Shown here: positions 1 to 12,802 of the stretch, piece after piece
How positions within the stretch are numbered: the first letter of the stretch is position 1
How the letters are laid out: each line of letters starts with the position of its first letter
Source of the DNA: Octopus bimaculoides
Taxonomy: Eukaryota
DNA: 64,000 bases
Direction: 5' to 3'
NCBI RefSeq assembly: GCF_001194135.2
Contig: NC_068983.1
Coordinates: forward strand, 104,279,758 to 104,343,757
Program-made: the position numbers and the translations under genes
Notes under the pieces: model-generated
Told to the model about the DNA's origin: nothing
The model's database searches: none
The model's input: only the letters and a program-made list of their open reading frames with translations

Positions 1-1245
1 ACACACACAATATATATAGTTGAGGGTCTGCGAGTGCCAAAGGAACAGTCCTTTCATCCGGAACAAAGCATTAAAAGCAAAGATCTCTCTCTCTCTCTCC
101 GCATAACATACATATGTGAATGCATGCATGTACACACACGCACGCGCACGCACACACATTCCTCTCGCTATATATATATTGTAGTTCAGTCCTGTTTGAG
201 CAGGCCTACGGTTAAAGTCATTCTAGCTGTGACCGTCTTGTCCAGTTGTGGTTGTTTTTTTTTTTTTTGAGAATTTTCCTTTTTAAGACCGTATACATCG
301 GGGACCACATTCATTATCTAACGTGTCCCTTCCTCCCCCAATAAGACGGTATGATGCGGTAAAAAAAGAAAACGAAAGAGAGGAATTGGATGCTATTTCA
401 AGTAGGTCAAACAACCACGTAGCGGTTCCCCCGTTGTATATAATAAATACGATATATATATAGCAAGAGGGAGAGAGTTAACTGCCGTGGTGTCATAAAC
501 ATATTCGGATAAACAGCGACATCAAATACAGTTTGAAATGTGCTGATCGCGTCCTAATGATTGGCGCTGCAAACAGAAAGTTGTGTCCCTTGATTTTTTT
601 CACCGCTGGTTGTTAATGACAACTAATATATATTATCAAAAGGAGTTGAGTTGGGTTTTAGGAAAAAAAAAACATTTTGAATGGAAACTAAAAGATATAT
701 TAGAAACAAATTTGTATTTAAAGTTTTCCGAATATAAATAATTTTTTCAGCACTTGAGGAAGAGACGCTTTTATGTTTTTATATTTAACATTAGAGGTCC
801 TTGGTGTATAAAACTTATTTGTGGACTTTTTAAACAGATTTTTGTTGACGTAGACACCAGTTAAAGTTCTCAAATTGTATTTTTAATTATTATATTTAGA
901 TTGCGGTGGTTTAATCCACACTACTTGTGTCGATTAAATAATTTACTAGATTAAGCAATGACGTGAGAGAAGAAGATTCGCATACACGCACGCGGGCATA
1001 TCGACGAGCCCACGAAGCAACATCTATTTCTATGCGTCTCTACGTAACCAAATCGCCTTCAAATTACATCCTGTAATCTTATGGGATGGGAAGGAAAGGG
1101 AAGAAAAAAGAATAACAACTTTGGTTATTATAATTCTGTACAAAACTAAATGGTCACGAAATGACTGGCTTTTGGTCATTTGTTTTTATATCAAAGCTGA
1201 ACGGAAATATAATTTACAGGAAAAAAAGTCACAGAAAAAAAATAT

Positions 1246-2177
1246 GGCATAACTACAGGGTTTTACCCACCAGACTTTGGGAGGTCATAACTTTCAGAAA
1301 AATGAATATTTTTTAATGAAATTTTCTATGCATATAGTATTTACTATGTAGAATCCGAATATACAAATATAGAAACTATCACAGTGTCGCTTCCCGAAGA
1401 ATTTTAAAATGTTAGCTTTCCGAAACTTTTTTTTTCAATCTTGCAAAAACACGAAGATTAAGAATAAACAGAAAAAGTACACAAATATATTTTACATAGT
1501 TGTCGTATACGTCGGTTTTGTTTTCACATAAGATCAATGAAGAACACAAACACGTACTGAAACAGTGACTAAACTTATNNNNNNNNNNNNNNNNNNNNNN
1601 NNNNNNNNNNNNNNNNNNNNNNNNNNNNNNNNNNNNNNNNNNNNNNNNNNNNNNNNNNNNNNNNNNNNNNNNNNNNNNNNNNNTACTTTGGAATTTACTT
1701 CTATTGAGAAAAATAAATCGTGTGCATGTTATTTTTAACGAAAGTTTTCTTATGACGGCTTCTCTTCACTGTCTAGAAATCTACGGATGCACATACGCAC
1801 ATAATAGAGAAAAATGAAACAAATATGGACGACTTGCTCCGAAACACCACCTAGTGGGGAACGCTTCTCAAAAATAACCTGCAGTTGTTTCCTTCAAAAT
1901 TCCTACATGCTCGAAATGTACATACATCAAGGTATATTTTTAGAAAATTTCACGAAAAAATATTAATTTTCCTGGAAGTTAAGAAGAATTTAAGTGGACT
2001 CTGTTGGAATTTCCGAAAATTGTCCCCCACCCCATTCCAAAATATATACAAAATTTTTGTATATTCGGATTCTACATAGTAAATACTATATGCATAGAAA
2101 ATTTCATTAAAAAATATTCATTTTTCTGAAAGTTATGACCTCCCAAAGTCTGGGGGGTAAAACCCTGTAGTTATGCC
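1246..2177. mobile_element. Non-autonomous DNA transposon (MITE), 122-bp TIRs, 8-bp TSD AAAAATAT (Merlin/MULE/hAT-like)
   Basis: 1246-1367 and 2056-2177 are reverse complements with 1 mismatch; both start GGCATAACTACAGGG; AAAAATAT at 1238-1245 and 2178-2185; internal N gap. Confidence 0.88.
1579..1683. other. Assembly gap
   Basis: N run. Confidence 1.
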
Positions 2178-3052
2178 AAAAATATCACATTTCATTCATA
2201 AACTATAAATAATGATTAACGTAATTTTAAACAAATGATATTTCTAATGACTCGTTGACGGACAAATAGAGCAGGGCTATACTTAGTACAACTCATTCAT
2301 TCAATGAACATTCTCGCTACACTTTAAATAAAATTATGATTTGTTTTGTTTCTTCTAATAAGCTTTATGTGCTTGTGCAGTGACTTTTTCTTGCGAATTT
2401 TTAGTCCGGAATTAAAAACAACTTTAAGGTTTAGAAGCTGACACTGAGAAAAGTAGATATTTTCCAGACAACAGCAAAATACATTTAACTGTTTTACTGC
2501 ATATTGATTTATTCCATTTGGTAAGGAAGGGTATGTTTTTTCCTATAGCAATTAGTAGATTTTTCTCCCCACTATTTCCTAAAAAGTGAGAAAGAGATGC
2601 CACCAATAACTAGAAATACTTCCCCAATACCATATAGCCTTGGGAACAAGGAGAGCAAGTACACTCCCTAAAATTTTGGAGAGGCAATGAAAACGCTTCG
2701 AACATCCTCCTGAAAAACTTTATCGCCAAAACAGACGAACGCAGAAACATTTTTGGACAAATTTGAAAAAATTACCCTTCCATTATTGCATTTATCTAAT
2801 TTGATTGATGTACAAATATTATTATTATTATTATCATCATTATTATTAATATTTTGGTTTGGCTCAGGTTCAGTCTTATTCCTGGTAGGAATTATGTGGA
2901 TAGTGGGTCACTACCTGTTATTATTATACCTGTCTTTGTTTTGATATTAAGATTGAAAAAAATCAAGCTTGTTTGTAAAAAAATATTGAACCTGAGTTTG
3001 CATCCCCTCAGCAAATTTCGTTCCTTATGCCCAATATTTCAGAAATAGCAGT

Positions 3053-3338
3053 CTGCCAGTGCCCCTGGACTGGCTCTTATGCGGGTGGCACATAAAATAC
3101 ACAATTTTGAGCGTGGCCGTTGCCAGTACCGCCTGACTGGCCTTCATGCCGGTGACACGTAAAAGCACCCACTACACTCTCGGAGTGGTTGGCATTAGGA
3201 AGGGCATCCAGCTGTAGAAACTCTGCCAAATCAGATTGGAGCCTAGTATAGCCATCGGGTTTCACCAGTCCTCAGTCAAATCGTCCAACCCATGCTAGCA
3301 TGGAAAGCGGACGTTAAACAATGATGATGATGATGATG
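3053..3338 (+). mobile_element. RTE 3'-end copy
   Basis: Same 3' UTR as 25770-26224, (GAT)n tail. Confidence 0.85.
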
Positions 3339-6300
3339 AAAACCACATTAAAAATACAAATCCAAAACCAGGGGAAAAAAATGGAAAAAAAGGAACAAAG
3401 AAAGAAAAAAAAAACAAATGGAAAAAAATCTCCTCAACACCAAGTGCCTCAATTGGCTGCATACCACAAGGTTCAATGGAATATACACTAAAGCAAGCCA
3501 ACACACAGGCAATAGCAAGGCTAAGGGATTGGAACAGACAAGCACCCTCATTAGCATCACCTCGGTCTCAGTAAGGCAAGCCACCAATGATGACAAGAAC
3601 TTCACCCCACCCTCTCCAAATATCTCAAAAACCATAGGCTGAAGGAAATGGTTCACTGAAAGGTCCTGATACTTAATGATTTTGTTTCGTTCAACTATGG
3701 AAGCAGTAACCCATTTACCACACCATCCAGGCTGTGGGAGGAAGCAAAGGAGTCATAGACTGTGGTGTCCCAGATGAGGCACCATCTGGTCTCTTTCCAT
3801 CACTTCTGGACAATCCCACCAGCTCCAGAACTGAGGAGATATTAGCCCAAGCCAGAGCCTGCTTAATGATTAAGTTAAGCTTGATGTGACAAATGAATTA
3901 ATTAGAATTTAGGTGCCAAGACAAACCATGAAGGTTTATGGAGTTGACCAGCATTTAGATGCCAAGACAAACCATGGAGGCCTGTGTCAGTCCCCCACAT
4001 ATATACATACATATTATATTCCAATAAAAGTAGAATACTAGTCTGTACTGAAATCAATCAACTTGCTGGTGATAGCACTCTAATCTCCATCTTATCACAC
4101 ACCCATTTGTCCTAAGTAGAAGGATACATTGGATAATGTAGTACTTAATATACAAAATGACTCAATTTTACATTTCACTGAGGTCAACTATGTCTTTCTT
4201 CTTTCTGTGTTAAAGTGATGTAACCAGTCAAGTAATTTTTTTTTTTTTTCATACATGAAGGTTAGCAAGTTTCCAGAAATAATGGAGTATCAAGCCAAGG
4301 GAAGGCATTACCTTTCATCACCCACTAAGATACGATGGCCAATCTTGTGGTGGAGGTTTTTCCTGTTGATTATATCTTTCATGTAAACTACAAGGCCAAC
4401 TTCTACAAAGGAAGAGGGGTTGGCTTTGTGATTTACACAAAATAGATTATTTATTACAAGCTTTCATTCATATTCTATGAGATAAGATGTTGGATGGTTA
4501 GCAAAGGGTTATGATTCAAATACCTTGTAGATGTTTCATCACTTAATTTTACATCACATCAGTTAGCCTAATTCTGTAGAATATCTACAATTTTTTCCAA
4601 AAGAAAGTTACTTGCAATAGACAAATATCCAAGCCAGGTGAGATTAATTGAACTTGAACATTGATCCAATTTATTCTTTATTCGTTAAAAAGGAACAAAA
4701 ATTATTACACTGATACTTAAGATTATCATATTGGATGGACAGCAGTATGTCCAAAAGATGCAGTTAATTCCTTCCCTGATATGATGTCAAAATCAATCCA
4801 ATAAATGGGATTAGCAAGACCATTCATTCCATGAAAGTAATTTCATTCATGCTTTGCAAAAGCACTACAACTAAGTTGGATCTATGATTAAGAATCTTCA
4901 ATTCACTTTAATTTCAGCAACTACTAATAGAATAACAAAGTTCAGTTTCATAGGAAAAAGCAATCTAAAATTTTAATGTCCATGATGCGTTAGATTAAAA
5001 TATTCTTCTGAATCTAGAGAAAGGAAAGAGAAACAACTCTTGTGTATTTCTTCTCATTTGATGAAGGCTAGATCTTCAGTGGTGTTCCAGCAAGCAAAAA
5101 GAATTTTGAGACCTACCACTTACATCCATAAACTACTGCCTATATTTACTCATGTATAAATCATTATCGTATATAAGACACACTCCAAATTTAGCATTAA
5201 ATCTTGGTACAAAATGTTTGCCTTCATAGTTTTAGCTCTGCCCTGTTTATAAGTTGCCCTATAGTTTTTTCAGTTAAAATCAAGTTTCAAATAGTGTTAC
5301 TTATACACAAGTAAATATGGTAATTACAACAGTTTTCTGATTTGCACAAAATGAAAATGCCCGTATTGTTTAATGTTTTTCCAGATACCATTGAAAGTTT
5401 AGTTCTCACATGTACAAAGAGTAAATGAAAATTATTCAACCAAGAACCAAATATGCATCTCCTAACTCAGCTCTGCAGTGAACTTGCAACAAATACATTG
5501 CAGTTTTGCCATCTGGTTATGTAATAGCTCTTAATCTATTGAATTAAATTTTCTAACACTCTATTAATAGTTATTGATAGGCCTGCACTAAAATTATAAA
5601 ATCCAAACAGTGTTATATTTCAACTAATTAACCTAAAGTATTCTCACCACAAAAGATAAACTGAATTGTAAGGATGTTGGCTTGCATGTAGAAAGGCCAG
5701 TGGCTTGTATTCTATTAACAATGCTTAGTTCTCAAAAGTTCAGACCTCCTAGTTGTCTTACAGTGAACTGACAAATATGTTTCCTTACAGTGCTGTATCC
5801 TCCTTTAAGCACAAAATATGATAACACCTAAAGTCTCTGCATAGAGAAAAAGATATCTCTGTGGCTTTGCATATGTGATATCTGACATAAGCAACCAGTA
5901 TATAGTTTATAATTTTTTCAAAATATTTTTAAGAATCAAAACTGTAAAACTAAAGTTAAGATAATTGTTCTACATAATGATGAAATGTGAAATGTGTAAA
6001 CACTTTTGATGAAAAACTAATTAAGTTACATGTGGGCGCTTTCTTGTATTTTCATAACAGCAGGTATGATCATGTGATGTAAAAAAAAGTTTCACTTTTC
6101 TAAGTTTGTTGTCATACATAAATTTCAGTTCCATCATTTAATCACTCTTATAATTGACACAAATTCTTTCAAATGATTTTTTGAAAATAACCTATCAGTT
6201 CTTTATTTGTCATCATTTCATTCATTCATTGGTGGAAACTGGAAACATTACAACTATTCAACCAATTCATGAAACAAAATGCTCAATCACTTCTGTTTAT

Positions 6301-8392
6301 TCAAAACTTTTTTTTTTATCATTGTAACAAAGTGCATAACTGAAGTACAGAGTTTGCCATCAAGCACGTGTTAATAACTTATTTAAACAAATGTATTGAG
6401 TAATCACTGCCATAAGTTTAACTGATCCATATAGCTTCACCTACTATATCACTTTTTGTCATGCAGGAAATCAATAAGTGAATCAGAGGTTAAGTGATAC
6501 ACTCAAAAGTCTGTTGTGAAACTCAGTCTGCAGTCCAGCAAATACTATATATATCAGGCAGTCAATACTACAGGGTCAATGACCTTAAGTAAGAAATGAA
6601 TTAAACCAATAATCCAAAAATAATTACCAAAGTAAATACTGTAGTGAACTATCCTTCAGTTTTGGGCATCACTTTCATTTTCATTAGTTGGCTGTTATGA
6701 TGAAATTAAAATTAATATCCTAAACTCAAAGCTTACTATTCATCATCATCATCATCATCATCATCATCGTTTAACGTCCGCTTTCCATGCTAGCATGGGT
6801 TGGACGATGTGAAATTTATTCTCAATCAGTATCTTTTGCTATTAAACTTTTGTTAACTTCACTCCTTTTCCCTAAGTGATTCCAAGGAGATTTGGCTATG
6901 ATTTGTAACAGAATAAACAACAGTGTGAAGTTTCATTGAATAATGTAGTTCTAGAAGTACAAAAAGGTAGCATTGTCATGGCTGGAATGTTGTTTACCAT
7001 AGCTCTGTTGAAACAGAGCTAAAGAACAGCAACAACAGCTTTCCCCTAAATTACTAGCAGAAACTTCATTTCTATTATGAAACTAGAACATTGATTAGAA
7101 ATTAGATAGATGCCAAGTGTAGTTAGCAACAGAAAAAGCAGAAAGAAAGAAGTCTGTACATGTTCTACAGTGGGAGGATCAGAGGGATTCAGAATAGTAA
7201 GACAGTGTACAAGAGAGATAGTAAGAAGGCATGTAATAGAGTGATAATAGCACACTTGCTCTTATTAACAGTTAATTACTACAAGCATCAGCTAGCTTGT
7301 AGCAATTAATGGTGGTGACATTAAAGAAAGCTGTGTACACTTCCTGCTAAATTATGTTTCAAAAGGTTCTAGAAGTTTTGCCTGGGGTTATAAAAAGCTG
7401 GAGTATTGAACTTCCAGGCTGAACCATTTTAGATATTACACAGAACACTCTCTTTGTTCCACAAAATATGTTCTCATTTTATTCTACTTCTTTTTAAGTA
7501 ACATACTTTGAATACCTTATTCAGTGAAGGGTAATCAACCTTGTGCTGTAATACAAATATACATACATATCTATATACATGCAAATATCTTTCCATATAA
7601 TTGCCTATCAAATTCTGTTTATAATAACTATGTAGCTGTATCACATAACAGTATTAACTGAAATATTATTCCTATCTCATGCATTGTAAAGCTTTAAATA
7701 TCACAAACATGCTAGAAAATATATTTTTCAATATAATTAATTCACTAGTACATATGTTAAATATAAATGTTTGAGAAAATAGATATATGGAAACACATAT
7801 ATTTCATTGTTAGATTATTCTTGTCTAAAAACATAACCTCTTAGCTCTATCTCTTACTTATTACCTTTTCCCTAACTTCAATGACCAACTCAGCATATGA
7901 TAATATCTACATTTTCACAGACACATTTATATAAACCTTCAACTGATCTTGTAAATTAAGACTTATTATATTCCATGTTAAATTCCATCATATTTCAAAT
8001 TTGTGTTCATAAACCACACCTGTATAATAACTATTATTGTATCTTACTACCAACAAGATCAGAAGAGGTTTGATTGTTTTTTGGTGGGGATGTTTTTTTT
8101 TTTTGTTTTTTTGTTGCTGGTGTATAAGATATAAAAAGGAAAAATTATATATAATTCACTTTTGTTATTGTTCTTTTGAACATTGTTTTATTTCCAGCCA
8201 GCTGTTCTGTGAAATCCTGTGATTCTGCAAGAGCTTGGTGGAGTATTAGGAAAGAGTGAGCAAAGGAGATAAATGGAACGATAGATTTACTTGTATAAAT
8301 AAACTTAAGATATTTTTTGTAAAATTCATACTTTTTTTACTTTTCCATATCCTGGATTCATATATATATAATTAACTACCCAACCATGCAGA

Positions 8393-8745
8393 AATAGCTG
8401 TTGTGGTTAAGAAGTGGGCTTTCAACTACATAGTTCTGGGTTCTGTCCCACTACATGACACCTGAAGCAAGTACTTTTTACTATAGACCCCTGGATTACC
8501 AAAGACTTGTGAGCGGATTTAGTAGGTAGAAACTGAAAGAAGCTCATTTGGGGTGTGTGTGTTTGTATCGCTTTGTCTTGTCATCATGTGAGTTGTAAAT
8601 GATTATCACTGTCATATAAACAGTGTCATTCATTTTCAATAGTCTGCAGGAACATGTCTGGCCATGTGGAAATATTATTTTGTTTGGAAACAGGTATTGG
8701 TTGGCAAAAGGAAGACCATCTGGCTGTAGAGAATCTGGCTAAATA
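8393..8745 (+). mobile_element. tRNA-derived SINE (family B head, variant 3' half)
   Basis: GTGGTTAAGAAG...GGTTCTGTCCCACT head shared with other copies. Confidence 0.7.
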
Positions 8746-8961
8746 GAAAAGTGGACAGTGAAACAATGATGAGATGATGATATATATATCAACAGAGAAT
8801 GACAGAATCAGTGCAGCATTATGTTTTATGGTTATAGGAGGTTCCTATAAGGTTGTTATCCACTCCTGATTGGAACTCTCCCATATGACATGTACGCATG
8901 CTCAGTGACTTGCTTTAACTTCCGCAGATTAACGACTCACATACTGTACTGACCGGTTAAT

Positions 8962-9240
8962 ATGTCTCCGAAGAAATCACACAAATACTGCTGTATATGC
9001 AGTCACTATAGAGGGAAGAATGTAGACGGCAAAGTTATTTCACTACATAGATATCCTGCAAACGTAGCTATTCGTCGTATTTGGCTTCTGAGATCGAGAC
9101 TTGTGAGGAAAGACTTTGTTTACACTGCAAATAGCCAAATGTGTTCCCAGCATTTTGTCAATTTTAATGGACTATTGAAAGATCACCCCTTGCCATCCGT
9201 TTTTCCAAACAAAGTATTTGAAATATCAGTAAGTGCATGA
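8962..9240 (+). CDS. THAP zinc-finger domain ORF (transposase N-terminus), 92 aa
   Basis: C-x2-C (YCCIC), SLHRYP, W, MCSQHF and PLPSVF give the full THAP C2CH signature; possible donor TCA|gtaagt at 9229. Confidence 0.85.
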   Translation: MSPKKSHKYCCICSHYRGKNVDGKVISLHRYPANVAIRRIWLLRSRLVRKDFVYTANSQMCSQHFVNFNGLLKDHPLPSVFPNKVFEISVSA

Positions 9241-9611
9241 TCATATATGCAGTTAGTAGATGAGTGAAATGTCTCTTTGATTTATCTCCTCATTAACAGG
9301 TTAGAACATGTTAAAATTCAAGAGGGAAACAAATCTGAGTGGTATACGTTGGGCTAAACATGAATGTTTAATCTAATAATTGTTGTGTTGACGTACAGGT
9401 ATTTTTAATAAAGAATTTTGCATTCAAATAATAAATACATTGAAATTGTTGTTAATGTTCTGAATGAATATGGGAATTTCGAGTAAGCCTAGCTATGATA
9501 TTTTTCTTTATATATATATATTTATTAATAAGGGTAGAAATTGATATTAATCAATTAGAACCAGTGGTCTAGCATATTAAAAAAATCCGAAGATTAAAAT
9601 TATATTACATG

Positions 9612-9730
9612 CAAAAATAAGAGGAATGACCAGCAAAAGTGGACTCCTATATGCTAGAAATAGATGCTGATTCGTCATCTATTTCTAGCATATAGGAGTC
9701 CAGTTTTGCTGGTCATTCCTCTTATTTTTG
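9612..9730. repeat. Near-perfect inverted repeat, 55-bp arms, 9-nt loop
   Basis: 9612-9666 is the reverse complement of 9676-9730 with 1 mismatch; abuts (TA)n and an N gap. Confidence 0.9.
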
Positions 9731-9736
9731 TATATA

Positions 9737-9872
9737 NNNNNNNNNNNNNNNNNNNNNNNNNNNNNNNNNNNNNNNNNNNNNNNNNNNNNNNNNNNNNNNN
9801 NNNNNNNNNNNNNNNNNNNNNNNNNNNNNNNNNNNNNNNNNNNNNNNNNNNNNNNNNNNNNNNNNNNNNNNN
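9737..9872. other. Assembly gap within (TA)n
   Basis: N run. Confidence 1.
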
Positions 9873-9909
9873 ATATATATATATGTATGTATATATATGT
9901 ATATATATG

Positions 9910-9940
<31 letters not shown>

Positions 9941-10053
9941 TTGTTTGATTAAATAATAAATTTACAGCATTGAATCTAATATTCCTCTAATTATTAGTCT
10001 TTATAGTGTGACTGTCCCTACCCCTTCTACACCTCATCATGCTCATGGCCAAA

Positions 10054-10339
10054 TCAGTGAATGGTTGCTGAAAGCAGTTTGGGATCAGGCAATACTTCAC
10101 CGAGAGGAGATATAAGCTTCTGCTTATTCCTGTCTGAAGTATTGTCCGATACTTCAGACTTATCGTCCAATGAATTTACTTTGTTGACATTCTTCATCGA
10201 CAGAATTTTTATACCTTTCAAACTTTCAATCAAGTTCGCCTTTCTTCCAGTAACATACTGCCCATATAATCTTAAATATTTCTTTAACTCAGGCACAGTA
10301 AGTACTTCGATAGCTGAATCATCGAGCTGCTATATCCAT
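10054..10339 (-). pseudogene. SAP-domain N-terminal fragment of the transposon second ORF (frameshifted after MDIAA)
   Basis: LTVPELKKYLRLYGQYVTGRKANLIESL fits the SAP consensus, then LPDPKLL; the ATG near 10339 is out of frame by one base. Confidence 0.7.
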
Positions 10340-11901
10340 GATAAGACGTAAAACAATAACAATAGCGTGGATAGTCTGCGGAAGTTTAATTGTCTACATG
10401 GAGCGCCGCCTAGCCAAGGGAGATAACCTACTTATAGGAAAGCCCTATTATAAATTCATTTCAATGAGTTTAATTTTCATTTCATTTTGTTGTAAAAATT
10501 TGTTTATCTTTGAACCTAGATTTATCAATGAAAGTTCTATGAATTTGATTTAACAAATTAATATGATTCCACTTGAAAAATTGTTTGACCTCTGCTTTAT
10601 ACATTATTATGCAATCTGGCTTCTTTATATTCTGTGGTACATTGTGTACGTTATTGACAGTAAAGTCTGTGGTTTCCTCTCTTGATAATTCAGAAGTATA
10701 GTTTTCATTTCTTTATACTACAATATGTGATTTATAACTATGATCCTGTAGTATATAGCCTCCTCATATATGAACTTAGAACATTCAGGTTTAAAGTAAA
10801 ACCCACTTGCAATTAGCACTACCATATTTGGTAATGCTGACCAGCACTTGCTTCACTATCTCCTTGAACTTTATCAAAACATCAACTGACATTTTTCCAA
10901 TTCAATCTGCTTTTGATGGGATTTTGGCAGGCACTGACAAACAAAAAAAAAAAGAAGCAAATTTTAATTTCTGTGCCTTGACTCTTTTATCAAGCTTTTA
11001 TAAACCATGGAATTTGGCTCTCTTGAGACCTATGCGATTAACATATCTCTTGACTCTCTCTGGCAATTACACTATCTTAGATTTCATACACTTATTTACT
11101 TACAAAGATACACAATAAATTTGAATTATGCATTTATTATTAAAAGCATTGTCAACAATGTTTCATGTTCTCAGTTTGTCTTTATGTCTTTTTCATCAAC
11201 ATTTAAACCTATAAAAAAAATCCTTAGCAATATACTATATGATCAATTTTCACAATAACCATTTCTCTTAAGTCAATAGTATAATATATGATGAGAAACA
11301 ATACTAATGCTGATGTTGATTCAGTGACTCATGAATGCTAAGCTGAGCATACACAATACAAAACACACCAACTCTTTGGTAATGCACCCAATCATGAAAG
11401 GGAAAATACAGCAAACGATTTCACACAAAGCATTTTATGGTTGACATGAACAGACTGGTAAATCTCCATTATATGCATAATAAATTTAGGTGTGGAATGT
11501 CAATATTATCTCCTTCTAATACAATATATCACCTACTTACATCTTATATGATGTTGATTACATCAAAACTGATGAAGATTTTAGCAACAGACAGAATTGT
11601 CAGCATACATTTTCCAACAAGACAGAATGAGACTAAATATATTCAAAATGCTTTGAATGAATATTCAAGATAAAATGGACAAAGTTTAATACTTTTAAGC
11701 AAAATATTCTTGAAGTATAATTCACAAGTCAATAGCAATATAAATATTACAATTAGACAAGAAAAAACTCAGTCCATAGCAACACAAATATCTAATTTAT
11801 AATTCTTTACAAAAAATTCAGCCTCACCTACATCTTGTACTTACACTTACATCCAACCGTACAGATACTCACATAGTCCTCTAAATATATATATATGTAT
11901 A

Positions 11902-11971
<70 letters not shown>

Positions 11972-11989
11972 TTATGAGAGGTAATGGCG

Positions 11990-12350
11990 TCAATAAGACC
12001 CAAAGGTGTCAGGTAATGCTGAGTAAGTGCTATGGATAGGCCATAGTTAAGCTTCAGGTTCGGTGATTACGTGAATAAGGAGTCCAACGTAAGTCATATA
12101 TCAGCATGTGTATATATAAGAAAAAATTTTCAAAATGAGATAAAAATTCAAGGGTGTGAAGATTTTAGAACATTTATAAATAGAAGGTCATACAGCTGTT
12201 TCCAGGATATTTTTTATATCCTTTCATCGGAGACAGTGTGAGAAAATGGTTAAGCAATAGCTAATTTAGATAGGATATTAAATAGAGAGTGAAGTGGAGG
12301 AATGAAAATAGATGTGAGATATGCAGGCATATTTCATTTGTAGATCCATT
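11990..12350 (-). mobile_element. Probable Penelope-like retroelement terminal fragment between (TA)n tracts
   Basis: Contains a hammerhead-like motif; flanked by TA microsatellites; no ORF. Confidence 0.5.
12187..12234 (-). ncRNA. Degenerate minimal type I hammerhead ribozyme motif
   Basis: Minus strand GTCT-CCGATGA-A-AGGATAT-aaaaa-ATATCCT-G-GAAAC-AGCT-GTA-TGAC; palindromic stem III loop; U4 changed to C. Confidence 0.6.
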
Positions 12351-12362
12351 ATTTATATATAT

Positions 12363-12618
12363 ATCATCATCATCATCGTTTAACATCCGCTTTCCATGCT
12401 AGCATGGGCTGGACGATTTGACTGAGGACTGGTGAACCAGATGGCTACACCAGGCTCCAATCTGATTTGGCAGAGATTCTACAGCTGGATGCCCTTCCTA
12501 ACGCCAACCACTCCGAGAGTGTAGTGGGTGCTTTTACATGCCACCGGTACGAAGGCCAGTCAGGCGGTACTGGCAACGGCCATGCTCAAAATGGTGTATT
12601 TTATGTGCCACCTGCATG
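12363..12618 (-). mobile_element. RTE 3'-end copy
   Basis: (CAT)n-CGTTTAACATCCGC... reverse copy. Confidence 0.85.
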
Positions 12619-12695
12619 TACATATAGAAATGTGTACAAATACATATGCATATGCATGTACATACATGTAAGTTGTATTTATATATATATATATA

Positions 12696-12802
12696 NNNNN
12701 NNNNNNNNNNNNNNNNNNNNNNNNNNNNNNNNNNNNNNNNNNNNNNNNNNNNNNNNNNNNNNNNNNNNNNNNNNNNNNNNNNNNNNNNNNNNNNNNNNNN
12801 NN
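12696..12802. other. Assembly gap within (TA)n
   Basis: N run. Confidence 1.

Larger units (their letters stand above)
8836..10446 (+). mobile_element. Internally deleted ISL2EU-like (PIF/Harbinger-related) DNA transposon
   Basis: Imperfect 25-bp TIRs (19/25) starting AGG, flanked by AT on both sides; convergent THAP ORF (+) and SAP-domain ORF (-). Confidence 0.72.

Noticed and set aside
2424-2606. 60-aa minus-strand ORF with an AG acceptor
   Set aside because: No homology recognised; isolated.
4312-4402. 91-nt exon-like segment on the minus strand with one open frame
   Set aside because: No recognisable protein and no partner exons; expected by chance in AT-rich DNA.
10600-11100. Possible PHD-finger relic (W.C..CKW.F.F..C) on the minus strand
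   Set aside because: Needs several assumed frameshifts; not supportable without an alignment.
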